DNA of 32,000 nucleotides, taken from sequence record PV251870.1, one strand, 5' to 3'. Shown piece after piece: positions 1-8,221 of the stretch; within the stretch, counting starts at the first letter, position 1; each line of letters opens with the position of its first letter. Source of the DNA: Mycobacterium phage StAugustine. The notes under the pieces are model-generated. The model was not told the origin of the DNA. It searched no databases and saw nothing but the letters and a program-made list of their open reading frames with translations. Position numbers and translations under genes: made by a program.

Positions 1-222
1 ATGGCCGAACTCGAAGTGCTCTCCCAGGTGGGAGAGTTCCTCACCGAACACGTCAACGACTTCCGGGATGCGCGAGCCGAGGCCTCGCAGCAGCTCCAGG
101 CGGAGCCCGGAAACGGCCACGTGATCGAGAACCTGCGGGTTCTCGGCATCCTGCAGAGCCTGCAGGTGGAGCTGGCCCGCCAGACACCACAGGCGGCGGA
201 GAAGCGCGCCGCGGGCAAGTAG
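1..222 (+). CDS. Small phage protein of unknown function (the start may lie at or before the window edge)
   Basis: 73-aa ORF MAELEVLSQVGEFLTEHVNDFRDARAEASQQL..., ending just before a strong terminator. Confidence 0.5.
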   Translation: MAELEVLSQVGEFLTEHVNDFRDARAEASQQLQAEPGNGHVIENLRVLGILQSLQVELARQTPQAAEKRAAGK

Positions 223-273
223 CCGCGCGCGACGGTCGACTGGCCGGGGGAGGGAGTCGACCGTTTGAGAGAG

Positions 274-313
274 ACGGCCCCGTGCGGAGTGGCAGCTGCA
301 CGGGGCCGTTTTT
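274..313 (+). terminator. Rho-independent terminator
   Basis: Perfect 12-bp inverted repeat ACGGCCCCGTGC (274-285) / GCACGGGGCCGT (298-309) followed by TTTTT (309-313). Confidence 0.9.
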
Positions 314-346
314 CGTGGCTACGGCGTTGTCCGCAGCCGCTTCCGC

Positions 347-352
347 TACTCT
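347..352 (+). promoter_or_regulatory. Putative -10 box (TACTCT) of a leaderless promoter for the ORF at 359
   Basis: TACTCT-6 nt-ATG, no Shine-Dalgarno, immediately downstream of the terminator; same geometry at seven other starts. Confidence 0.6.
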
Positions 353-358
353 CAGCAC

Positions 359-1015
359 ATGGCCCGGACAGCTGCTGTTGAAACTCGGCCGCTTGAGTCG
401 ATCCCGCCTTCGGAGTTGGTGGGGACGATGTCTCGCGTGCGGCCCGACCTCCTGCACACGTTCCACAAGAACGCCCGCCGCGGTGACGTCGACGCCATCG
501 CTGGCTCGCTGCGAAAGCACTCGCAGTACCGCCCCATCGTCGTGAACATCGGCACCTACACCGGTCGCCCGTTCGAGGTGCTGGCTGGGAACCACACGCT
601 CGCCGGCGTCCGTCGCAACGCGGAGATGCACCCCGAGGACCCGCGGTGGAACGGTATCGACGTGTTCTGGGTCGACGAGGACGAGCACATGTGTACGTCC
701 ATCGTCATCGCCGACAACCGGACCGCAGAGCTGGGGACGATGGACTTCCAGGGCCTGAAGGAACTGCTGGACACGCTCCCCTCGCTGGAAGGCACCGGCT
801 TCACCGACATCGACTACCAGGCGCTGGCCCAGTCGATGTCCCCGCCGTCGCTCGACGACCTCGCCAAGGAGTTCGGCGAGAGCGTCACCTCAGACGACCT
901 TCTTGAGCGGGTCTCGCTCAAGCTCGACGGAGCGACGAATGCGCTGTGGCTGGACCACCGCAAGCACTTCGAGACCGACGACGCGGCGATGCGCGCCCTG
1001 CTGGACGCTCGATAG
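359..1015 (+). CDS. ParB-like nuclease domain protein
   Basis: 218 aa; ...ESIPPSELVG...NARRGDVDAIAGSLRKHSQYRPIVVN...RPFEVLAGNHTLAGVRR..., a ParB/Srx-like G-N-H-xxA pattern. Confidence 0.75.
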   Translation: MARTAAVETRPLESIPPSELVGTMSRVRPDLLHTFHKNARRGDVDAIAGSLRKHSQYRPIVVNIGTYTGRPFEVLAGNHTLAGVRRNAEMHPEDPRWNGIDVFWVDEDEHMCTSIVIADNRTAELGTMDFQGLKELLDTLPSLEGTGFTDIDYQALAQSMSPPSLDDLAKEFGESVTSDDLLERVSLKLDGATNALWLDHRKHFETDDAAMRALLDAR

Positions 1016-1051
1016 TCCAGCCCTCTAAGACCTCGGACAAAGGACCCCAAC

Positions 1052-1621
1052 GTGACCCTCTACGCCTACGACACAGAGTTCCTCGAAGACGGCAAGATGA
1101 TCCACCTGATCTCGATCGGGATCGTCTGCGAGGACGGCCGCGAGTACTACGCGGTGAACCTCGACATGCCCGTCGCCAGGATCATCCAGCGCGACTGGCT
1201 GATGGAGAACGTCTGGCCCCACCTTCCATTGAAGGGCTTCCAGCAGATCGTCATCGACGGTAAGGCGATCCCAGCCGCCGCGGGCGCGCTCGACACGGAG
1301 AGCGAGTTCGTCAAGCCCAAGTGGGTGATCCGCAACGAGGTCCGTGCGTTCTTCGCCAACGGAGAAGGACAGGCGGAGCTGTGGGCGGACTACGGGGCGT
1401 ACGACCACGTCGTGCTCGCGCAGCTCTTCGGCATGATGGTCGACCTTCCGGACGCAATCCCGATGCATACCAACGACCTGCAGACGCTGGTCGCGCTGGG
1501 ACATATCGAGGAGCCGATCCAGTTCGGCACAGCGCACAACGCCCTCGACGACGCTCGGTCGGTCATGCAGGCCCTCAAGCTGCTGCGGATCATCAACGAC
1601 CCCGACGGCGGGTCGGAGTAG
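1052..1621 (+). CDS. DnaQ-like 3'-5' exoribonuclease/exonuclease, Rv2179c-like
   Basis: 189 aa; YAYDTEFLEDGKMIHLISIGIV (DEDD motif I), ELWADYGAYDHVVL, AHNALDDARSVMQAL (motif III). Confidence 0.75.
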   Translation: MTLYAYDTEFLEDGKMIHLISIGIVCEDGREYYAVNLDMPVARIIQRDWLMENVWPHLPLKGFQQIVIDGKAIPAAAGALDTESEFVKPKWVIRNEVRAFFANGEGQAELWADYGAYDHVVLAQLFGMMVDLPDAIPMHTNDLQTLVALGHIEEPIQFGTAHNALDDARSVMQALKLLRIINDPDGGSE

Positions 1622-1623
1622 TC

Positions 1624-2535
1624 GTGGGGTACAAGATCCCGTTCCCGCACAACGGCCTGGTCAGCTACCACTACTCGGCGAAGATGGACCTGTCCATGTA
1701 CGGGCAGTGGTCGCTGATCGGGGACTCGGGAGCGTTCTCCGCTAAGACCCAGGGCGCCACGATCGACGTCGCGGCCCTCTCAGACTGGGCGATCAAGTGG
1801 CAGGAGTCCGGCCAGCTGTGCTGGGCCGCCGCCCTCGACGTCATCGGAGACCCCATCGGCACGCACCGGAACTACATCACGATGCGCAGTCGCGGGGTGA
1901 AGTGCGTCCCGACGGTCCACTTCCCGGCGCCGCCGCAGACGATCGACGACTACGCCAAGGACGGCGTCCGATTCCTCGGCCTGGGCGGCCAGGTCGGAGG
2001 TAACCAGGCGTCCCTGATGCGCTGGGTCGTCTCGGTCATGCGGTACGCCCGGGACAAGTACCCCGACATGCGGTTCCACGGCTGGGGTGCGACCAGCAAG
2101 GGGTCCTTGCTGCTCCCGTACTACTCGGTCGACTCGACCAGCTGGTACGAGGGCGTCATGTGGGGCTCCACCTCCGTCCAGGATCCGCGAGACCCCTCGA
2201 AGGTCCATCGCCTCGACCACGACGGCAAGGACGCCTACCGGCCGGAGATGGCGAACCTGCTGTCGACCTACTACGGCATCGATCCCGCGTCGGTCGCAGA
2301 CAGCCGCGGCAGCAACTGGCACGTCGTCGAGCTCATGGCGCGCTCGGCCTCGCTGCGAGAGATCCAGCTCAAGCAGCGCCACGGCGTGATCACCGCGCCT
2401 CCGGACCACCCCGGACTGGAGGACGGACCCCGCCTGCACCTCGTCATGCCGAGCGACGCCAGCGTCGTGAAGAAGATGGCTGCCGTGCTCGCTGAGGAGC
2501 GTGCAGCCCAGGCCGCTACTGTCAGCACCACGTAA
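1624..2535 (+). CDS. dpdA: DpdA-like tRNA-guanine-transglycosylase family DNA deazaguanine transglycosylase
   Basis: GTG start at 1624 (303 aa; the track ORF begins artefactually at 1321). Motifs: LIGDSGAFSAKTQG, AAALDVIGDPIGTHRNY, FLGLGGQVGG, FHGWGAT, VDSTSWYEGVMWGS; located next to preQ0 synthesis genes. Confidence 0.85.
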   Translation: MGYKIPFPHNGLVSYHYSAKMDLSMYGQWSLIGDSGAFSAKTQGATIDVAALSDWAIKWQESGQLCWAAALDVIGDPIGTHRNYITMRSRGVKCVPTVHFPAPPQTIDDYAKDGVRFLGLGGQVGGNQASLMRWVVSVMRYARDKYPDMRFHGWGATSKGSLLLPYYSVDSTSWYEGVMWGSTSVQDPRDPSKVHRLDHDGKDAYRPEMANLLSTYYGIDPASVADSRGSNWHVVELMARSASLREIQLKQRHGVITAPPDHPGLEDGPRLHLVMPSDASVVKKMAAVLAEERAAQAATVSTT

Positions 2536-2547
2536 GGAGTCAAACCC

Positions 2548-3963
2548 ATGTGTTCCATCACCGGAGCCGTGCCACTCACTCCGACCGCCAAGGTCGACGC
2601 GGATGTGTACGCGCAGATTTTCAGCGCCGCCCTTGAGCGCGGCCGCGACGCCTGGGGTGTCGCCACGGCCGTCGACGCTGTACGCAGCCCGACGGCCTTC
2701 GACTCTCGGGTCCACACTGACCAGGTCCGGAAGCTGATCAACGGGGCACCTCGCAGCTGGGTCATCGGCCTGAACCGGGGCGAGCCGACGACCGAGCACT
2801 TCAACGTCGGCGTCGATGGGCTCGCACCGCACACCATCCGCCGAGAGGACGGGACGCCAGTCGGGCCCTGGACGACTGTCCACAACGGGACGATCGCCAA
2901 CGACCACGAGCTGGCCCGAGAGATCGGCCTCCCCCAGACCGGGATCGACTCCCGAGTCCTCCCATACGTCATGGACCGCGCGGTGTTCGACGCCGACGAC
3001 ATCGCCGCGGTGCTGGCCACGCACATCAAGGGCAGCTACGCGATGGCCGCCGGCCACGAGAGCGGCTGCTTCGTGCTGGCGTGCAACTACAAGCCGATCT
3101 TCACCGCGGTCCACCGCGACGTGCTCTACTTCGCCTCCCTCCCGCACTTCCTGCCGGGGTACGGGGACATCAGGTCAACGGTCCAGAAGATGGATCCGTA
3201 CTCGGTCATGGCGATCACGCCGTACGGGCACATCGAGACCTCGGGCCTGCGGGACTGGGGCGATCTGAGCCGGACGCTCAAGACGCTCGTCGTCCTCTCC
3301 GGCGGCCTCGACTCGACGACGGTGCTCGCCGACCAGGTCCGCTACCGCGGCGCCGAGAACGTCGCGGCGATGCACGTCAGCTACGGCTGCCACGCCAACG
3401 ACCGCGAGCTGCGGGCGGTGACGGAGATCTGCCAAAGGCTCGACGTCGATCTGCACCTGCTGAGCACGGACGCCTTCGAGGCGATCGGCGGCAGCACGCT
3501 CCTGCGCGGCAGCGGCTCAGACGCCGTCAGCGGACAGGCCGGCAGCGAGTACGCCCATGAGTGGGTCCCCGCGCGCAACCTCATCCTGGCCAGCCTGGCG
3601 GTCGGTCTCGCGGAGACCGAGGGCTACGACTACATCGCCCTCGGCAACAACCTGGAGGAGTCGGGCGCCTACCCCGACAACGAGCAGGAGTTCATCCGGT
3701 CGCTCAACGCGGTGATGCCGAACGCCGTTCAAGAGGGTCGCCGGGTCCAGTTCATCGAGCCGGTCGGCAACCTCATGAAGCACGAGATCGTGAAGCTCGG
3801 GCTGGAGATCGACGCACCGCTGGATCTGACCTACAGCTGCTACCGCGGCGGCGACATGCACTGCGGCCGGTGCGGGCCCTGCTTCATGCGACACAACGCC
3901 TTCCGGATGAACGGCGCTGTGGACCCCCTCCCCTACGAGCAGGAAGTCGAGCTTCCGTCATGA
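2548..3963 (+). CDS. gat-queC: Class II glutamine amidotransferase-QueC fusion (7-cyano-7-deazaguanine synthase family)
   Basis: 471 aa; N-terminal MCSITGAV with Cys2 nucleophile, GTIANDHELAREI; C-terminal PP-loop VVLSGGLDSTTVLA, AGSEYAHEWVPARNLILASLA, Zn cysteines SCYRGGDMHCGRCGPC; AAGGAG RBS upstream. Confidence 0.9.
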   Translation: MCSITGAVPLTPTAKVDADVYAQIFSAALERGRDAWGVATAVDAVRSPTAFDSRVHTDQVRKLINGAPRSWVIGLNRGEPTTEHFNVGVDGLAPHTIRREDGTPVGPWTTVHNGTIANDHELAREIGLPQTGIDSRVLPYVMDRAVFDADDIAAVLATHIKGSYAMAAGHESGCFVLACNYKPIFTAVHRDVLYFASLPHFLPGYGDIRSTVQKMDPYSVMAITPYGHIETSGLRDWGDLSRTLKTLVVLSGGLDSTTVLADQVRYRGAENVAAMHVSYGCHANDRELRAVTEICQRLDVDLHLLSTDAFEAIGGSTLLRGSGSDAVSGQAGSEYAHEWVPARNLILASLAVGLAETEGYDYIALGNNLEESGAYPDNEQEFIRSLNAVMPNAVQEGRRVQFIEPVGNLMKHEIVKLGLEIDAPLDLTYSCYRGGDMHCGRCGPCFMRHNAFRMNGAVDPLPYEQEVELPS

Positions 3964-4433
3964 GCGTCAGCATCACCCTCACGTTTCGCTGGCCGATGGG
4001 CCATCGGATCCTCGGCCTGGAGGGTGGCGGCGCCAAGTGCCGCAACATCCACGGCCACAACTGGCAGGCCGACGTCGAGCTCCCGAACGATGACGGCCAG
4101 CTGGAGTTCGGCGAGGTCAAGGCCGCGATCGGTCAGCACATCGACGGGTTCCTCGACCACGGGTTCATGGTCGCGGAGGACGATCCGTTCCGGAGCTATC
4201 TGGAAGAGAACGAGCTCAAGCACGTGGTGGTCGTCGGTCGGCCGGACACAGAGACGGTCGCGGCCTACCTCGCCGAGGTCGCTAAGCTCGCCACAGGCCG
4301 CACGCCGATCCGCGTCCACGTACTTGAGGGTTATCGGAACTCGGCGACGTGGACAGACGACGTTCGGGTCGACGGCGCCGAGGTCGAACGTCGCCTTCGC
4401 CGTCTGCTCCGACTCCCCGAGGTGACTGAATGA
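3960..4433 (+). CDS. queD: QueD-like 6-carboxytetrahydropterin synthase
   Basis: ATG at 3960 overlaps the upstream stop (ATGA); FRWPMGHRI...CRNIHGHNWQADVEL, FGEVKAAIGQHIDGFLDHGFMV; track ORF 3561-4433 is overextended. Confidence 0.88.
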   Translation: MSVSITLTFRWPMGHRILGLEGGGAKCRNIHGHNWQADVELPNDDGQLEFGEVKAAIGQHIDGFLDHGFMVAEDDPFRSYLEENELKHVVVVGRPDTETVAAYLAEVAKLATGRTPIRVHVLEGYRNSATWTDDVRVDGAEVERRLRRLLRLPEVTE

Positions 4434-5188
4434 CAGGCCCCGCGCGAGCGCTGCTCGCCGTCAACCGCATGCAGGCCGAAGGAGACCACCTCTTCCCGGT
4501 CTCGGAGGTCTTCGGGCCGACTCTGCAGGGAGAGGGCCCGTACCAGGGCCAGGCGGTGCAGTTCCTGCGCACCGGTGGCTGCAACCTCTCCTGCAGCTGG
4601 TGCGACACGCCGTACACGTGGGACGGCCAACGGTTCGACCTCCGCAGCGAGCTCACGCCGATGGCTGGGTCGGACGTGCTGCAACGGATCATCCCGAACG
4701 TCCCGCTCGTCGTCTCCGGAGGCGAGCCGCTGCTGCACCAGGAGAACCCCGGGTTCCTCTACGCGCTCAAGGGCGCCAAGGCGCTGGGATGCCCCATCCA
4801 CATCGAGACGAACGGCACCGTGAAGCCGACCCGGGCGATGCGCTACCTGGTGAGCAACTTCGCCGTCTCGCCGAAGCTCTCCCACGCCGGCAGGCACCGC
4901 GGCCGTCAGGATCCGACCATGCACGAGGACTGGCCGAAGTTCGCCCGCCAGTCTGTCGGAGTGTTCCTCAAAGTCGTCGTCCGCGACGCCACGGACGTCG
5001 AGGCCGTGGCCCGCTGGGCGAACAGGATCGGCTGGCCGAAGCGGCAGACCTGGGTCATGCCGCTCGGCACCTCGACCGAGGAGCTGCTGGCCAACTGGAC
5101 CGAGATCGCCTCCGAAGCGGCGAAGCGGCACATCAATGCGACCCAGCGCCTGCACGTGCTGGCGTGGGGCGACGTAAAGGGGACCTGA
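4430..5188 (+). CDS. queE: QueE-like 7-carboxy-7-deazaguanine synthase, radical SAM
   Basis: 252 aa; VFGPTLQGEGPYQGQAVQFLRTGGCNLSCSWCDTPYTWD (CX3CX2C), VVSGGEPLLHQ, HIETNGT; ATGA overlap with queD. Confidence 0.93.
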   Translation: MTGPARALLAVNRMQAEGDHLFPVSEVFGPTLQGEGPYQGQAVQFLRTGGCNLSCSWCDTPYTWDGQRFDLRSELTPMAGSDVLQRIIPNVPLVVSGGEPLLHQENPGFLYALKGAKALGCPIHIETNGTVKPTRAMRYLVSNFAVSPKLSHAGRHRGRQDPTMHEDWPKFARQSVGVFLKVVVRDATDVEAVARWANRIGWPKRQTWVMPLGTSTEELLANWTEIASEAAKRHINATQRLHVLAWGDVKGT

Positions 5189-5189
5189 C

Positions 5190-5321
5190 ATGGTCGCTTG
5201 GTGGCATCGACGAGTGCTCGGGCACCGACAGAGGACCTCGCGCGTATCTCCTCCGCTCTTCGATCCGACACCCGTCGGCGTCCTCATCCGCTGCAGCTGT
5301 GGGAAGGAATGGGCCCTGTGA
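5190..5321 (+). CDS. Candidate 43-aa microprotein, not in the supplied ORF track
   Basis: ATG 1 nt after the queE stop, AAAGGGG upstream, translates MVAWWHRRVLGHRQRTSRVSPPLFDPTPVGVLIRCSCGKEWAL; stop overlaps the next GTG as GTGA. Confidence 0.55.
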   Translation: MVAWWHRRVLGHRQRTSRVSPPLFDPTPVGVLIRCSCGKEWAL

Positions 5322-5479
5322 ACCCGATCCTGGATCAATTCCACCAGCGGCTGGAGCGGATCATCAACGGCCACCTCGACGCCGCCGCCGCCGGCGACAC
5401 GGAGAGCGCCCACGTCGTGCTCATCGCCCTCGACATGCAGCACCGGCTGAATGTCTCTGACCCGAAGGAGAAGCCATGA
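5318..5479 (+). CDS. Small 53-aa protein of unknown function
   Basis: GTG start overlapping the upstream stop, GGAAGG ahead; MNPILDQFHQRLERIINGHLDAAAAGDTESAHVVLIALDMQHRLNVSDPKEKP; ends by ATGA overlap with folE. Confidence 0.6.
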   Translation: MNPILDQFHQRLERIINGHLDAAAAGDTESAHVVLIALDMQHRLNVSDPKEKP

Positions 5480-6120
5480 CCGACCAGCTCCCCGTGCCCA
5501 TGATCGCCGACGGCAGCGTCTTCGACGACGACCTGGCGCTGCCCGCGGGCGTCAACGTCGACCAGGCCGCCCTGGCTGTGAAGGACCTCCTGCAGGCGTT
5601 CGGCGTACCGGAGGACGACCACACCGCCAACACCCACAACCGGTCGGCGAAGGCGTGGGCCGAGATCCTGGCCGGGTACCGAGAGGACCCCAGTGAGCAC
5701 CTCAACACCACCTTCAGCGCCCCGCGCGATCCGGGACTGGTCATCGTCGCCGGGATCACACTGCGTAGCATGTGCGCTCATCACCTGCTGCCGTTCAGTG
5801 GGGTGGCGACTGTCGCTTATCGGCCATCACCTCGTCAGCGCATCGTGGGTCTGTCGAAGCTTGCTCGGGTGGTCACCGGGTACGCTCGCCGCCTTCAGGT
5901 CCAGGAGCAGATCGGCTATCAGACGGTGCAGGCGATCATGGACAAGCTGGAGCCGTCGGGCGCCCAGGTGATCATCACCGCAGGTCACGACTGCATGCGG
6001 CTGCGCGGCGCCCAGGAGCCGCACGCGCTGACGACGACCTACGCCAGCGACGGGTTGCTACTGCCACACGAGCTCGCGGCGGTACAGTCTGCTCATGAGC
6101 GCCACGTCCAGGATCTCTGA
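5476..6120 (+). CDS. folE: GTP cyclohydrolase I
   Basis: 214 aa; SMCAHHLLPFSGVATVAYRPSPRQRIVGLSKLARVVTGYARRLQVQEQIGYQTV, HDCMRLRGAQEP; GAAGGAG RBS. Confidence 0.95.
   Translation: MTDQLPVPMIADGSVFDDDLALPAGVNVDQAALAVKDLLQAFGVPEDDHTANTHNRSAKAWAEILAGYREDPSEHLNTTFSAPRDPGLVIVAGITLRSMCAHHLLPFSGVATVAYRPSPRQRIVGLSKLARVVTGYARRLQVQEQIGYQTVQAIMDKLEPSGAQVIITAGHDCMRLRGAQEPHALTTTYASDGLLLPHELAAVQSAHERHVQDL
6083..6088 (+). promoter_or_regulatory. Putative -10 box (TACAGT) of a leaderless promoter for terL
   Basis: TACAGT-6 nt-ATG(6095), no Shine-Dalgarno; lies inside the 3' end of folE. Confidence 0.5.
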
Positions 6121-7816
6121 GCTCGATCCTGCGCTGCTGGCGAATCTCGATCCGCAGAGGCTGGCCGAGATCTCAGAGGGGTGGAAGCCGGAGGCTCGGG
6201 CCGCCATGGTCGAGTACCTCCGGGCCGCCAAGAAGCGCGCGGAGATCGTCCAGAAATACTCGAACGTCTGCGACCTCGCGCGGGCGGTCGATCCGAACTT
6301 CGTCATCACGCCGGCGCTGGAGCTGATCGGCGCCAAGGCCGAGGTCTCGCTGACCCAGCCGCGGAAGCACCTGATGATCAACATGCCCCCGCAGGAGGGC
6401 AAGAGCACGCTCGCGGCGCAGTACCTGCCGCTGCGGGCGCTCCAGCTCAACCCGAACCACAAGATCATCCTGGCGACCTACGCGGAGTCGCTCGCCCACG
6501 ACCACAGCCGGACGATGCGCGAGATCGTCCTGCGCCACGGCAGCGACGTCGTCGATGCGATGACAGGCGTCGCGGTCGAGGACAAGCTCGGGTTCCAGCT
6601 CAGTCCCACCGCAAGCAAGGTCGACGCCTGGCGCGTGGCGAACGGCCGCGGTGGCGTCGTCGCCGTCGGTCTGCACGGCTCGATCACTGGCCGCGGCGCC
6701 GACCTGATGATCATCGACGACCCGTACAAGGACATGGAGGAGGCCGACTCGCCCGCCCAGCGCGAGAAGGTCGCCAATTGGATGCGGTCGGTCGCCCGGA
6801 CCCGTCTCTCGCCGCAGGCATCGATCATCCTGATCCAGACCCGGTGGCATCCGGACGACCTCGCGGGCGAGATCCTGGCCAAGGAGAAGAAGCTCGACCG
6901 CCGGTTCCGGACCTGGCACCACATCAACATCCCGGCCGTGGCCGAGGACGGCCTCGTCGACTCGCTCGGCCGCGAACCCGGCGAGGCGATGATCTCTGCC
7001 CGCGGTGACCGCGACTGGGAGGCGACCCGGCGCGACGTCGGAGAGCGTGTCTGGTACGCCCTCTACCAGGGCAGCCCGCGCAACCCGTCCGGCGGCCTAT
7101 TCAAGCGGGCGTGGTTCGAGGACACGATGGATCCTCCGGAGACACCGGTCGCGGCGATCGTCGGCATCGACCCCGCGGACTCCGGCAAGGACGACGACAC
7201 GGGCATCATCGGCGGATACCTCTGCCCGAACGGCAAGGTCCTGCTCGCCGAGGACCGCAGCGGGCAGTACACCTCCGACGAGTGGAGCCGTGTCGCAGTC
7301 AACCTCGCGCTGGAGATGCGTGCCGGCGAGATCGCCATGGAGGCGTACGCGGCGGCCGACACCTACGTCACGATGCTGAAGCGGGCCTGGCGCGACATCC
7401 ACGAGGAGGCTGTGTCCAAGAAGCGGTCGGGACGCAGCCTTACCAAGATCGAACGACGGGCCCTGTCCGCGGACATGCCCTTCGTCATCAAGAAATGGCG
7501 CGGTCGTGCGAACTCGGACTCCGTCGCCCGCTCGGGTCTCATCCGGCAGGCGTTCGAGACCGGGAAGGCCAAAGTCGTCCCGAGGAAGCTGGACGTCTTC
7601 GTCAACCAGGCGTGTGACTGGCAGATCGGACAGCACCAGCCCGACCGAGTCGCCGCCGGAGTCATCGCGCACGATCGGCTGGTGAAGCTCGCCGGCGGAC
7701 AGGTCGTCGCGGCGCCGCCGGTCGATCGTCCGTCCACCCAGAGTTCGGGGAACCAGCAGATCGCGTCCGTAACACCGATCTGGCTCCGCCGGTCTCTGGG
7801 CGGGCGATCTGCTTGA
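6095..7816 (+). CDS. Terminase large subunit
   Basis: 573 aa; Walker A-like INMPPQEGKSTLAAQY, LMIIDDPYKDMEEA, nuclease domain AAIVGIDPADSGKDDDTGIIGG. Confidence 0.92.
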   Translation: MSATSRISELDPALLANLDPQRLAEISEGWKPEARAAMVEYLRAAKKRAEIVQKYSNVCDLARAVDPNFVITPALELIGAKAEVSLTQPRKHLMINMPPQEGKSTLAAQYLPLRALQLNPNHKIILATYAESLAHDHSRTMREIVLRHGSDVVDAMTGVAVEDKLGFQLSPTASKVDAWRVANGRGGVVAVGLHGSITGRGADLMIIDDPYKDMEEADSPAQREKVANWMRSVARTRLSPQASIILIQTRWHPDDLAGEILAKEKKLDRRFRTWHHINIPAVAEDGLVDSLGREPGEAMISARGDRDWEATRRDVGERVWYALYQGSPRNPSGGLFKRAWFEDTMDPPETPVAAIVGIDPADSGKDDDTGIIGGYLCPNGKVLLAEDRSGQYTSDEWSRVAVNLALEMRAGEIAMEAYAAADTYVTMLKRAWRDIHEEAVSKKRSGRSLTKIERRALSADMPFVIKKWRGRANSDSVARSGLIRQAFETGKAKVVPRKLDVFVNQACDWQIGQHQPDRVAAGVIAHDRLVKLAGGQVVAAPPVDRPSTQSSGNQQIASVTPIWLRRSLGGRSA

Positions 7817-8004
7817 ACTGCTTCTGGTGCTCACAACCAGCTGAGTGGGAGGGGATCCCGCTCATCCGGGTCGGAGTCCCTCACAGCAGCTGCGGGAATC
7901 ACGCGCACATGCTCCTGGCAGTGCTCGCGGGACCCGAGCGGGAGCCCGTCATCGTCAGGTCGGCCTGTCGAATCTCCGTCGGGGAAGATTCAGGGGTGGC
8001 GTAA
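7813..8004 (+). CDS. Small Cys/His-containing protein, possible zinc-binding
   Basis: 63 aa; TTG start overlapping terL stop (TTGA); MNCFWCSQPAEWEGIPLIRVGVPHSSCGNHAHML... with CXXC. Confidence 0.45.
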   Translation: MNCFWCSQPAEWEGIPLIRVGVPHSSCGNHAHMLLAVLAGPEREPVIVRSACRISVGEDSGVA

Positions 8005-8014
8005 TACTGCCGAC

Positions 8015-8035
8015 TTACACCCGAACGGGGCGTAA
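8015..8035. terminator. Weak hairpin between convergent genes, possible bidirectional terminator
   Basis: TTACACCC-GAACG-GGGCGTAA, 7 pairs with one internal mismatch, in the gap between the plus ORF ending at 8004 and the minus ORF ending at 8066. Confidence 0.3.
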
Positions 8036-8065
8036 AACGACGTATGCCCGGTGGAAATCGCGCCC

Positions 8066-8221
8066 TCAGCCGTAGTTGCCCAGCATAAGAACCATGAACA
8101 AGGCGGTGAAGGCGAACGTCACCGCGAGCACCGCCATGCAGAACGAGACCACCGCGAGGGTCTTCACCGACGTCTCTGTCACGCCGTCCTCCGGATCGAC
8201 CAACACCTGGGACTGCTCCAC
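8066..8221 (-). CDS. Candidate 51-aa single-pass membrane microprotein, not in the supplied ORF track
   Basis: GTG start with GGGAGG upstream; manual translation MEQSQVLVDPEDGVTETSVKTLAVVSFCMAVLAVTFAFTALFMVLMLGNYG has one clear TM helix. Confidence 0.6.
   Translation of the reverse strand: MEQSQVLVDPEDGVTETSVKTLAVVSFCMAVLAVTFAFTALFMVLMLGNYG

Noticed and set aside
1321-1623. N-terminal part of the 404-aa track ORF as part of DpdA
   Set aside because: Overlaps the exonuclease gene out of frame and is Arg/Gly/Ala-rich noise; the real start is most likely GTG 1624.
3561-3959. N-terminal extension of QueD in the track
   Set aside because: Overlaps the QueC domain; QueD similarity begins at ATG 3960 with a standard ATGA overlap.
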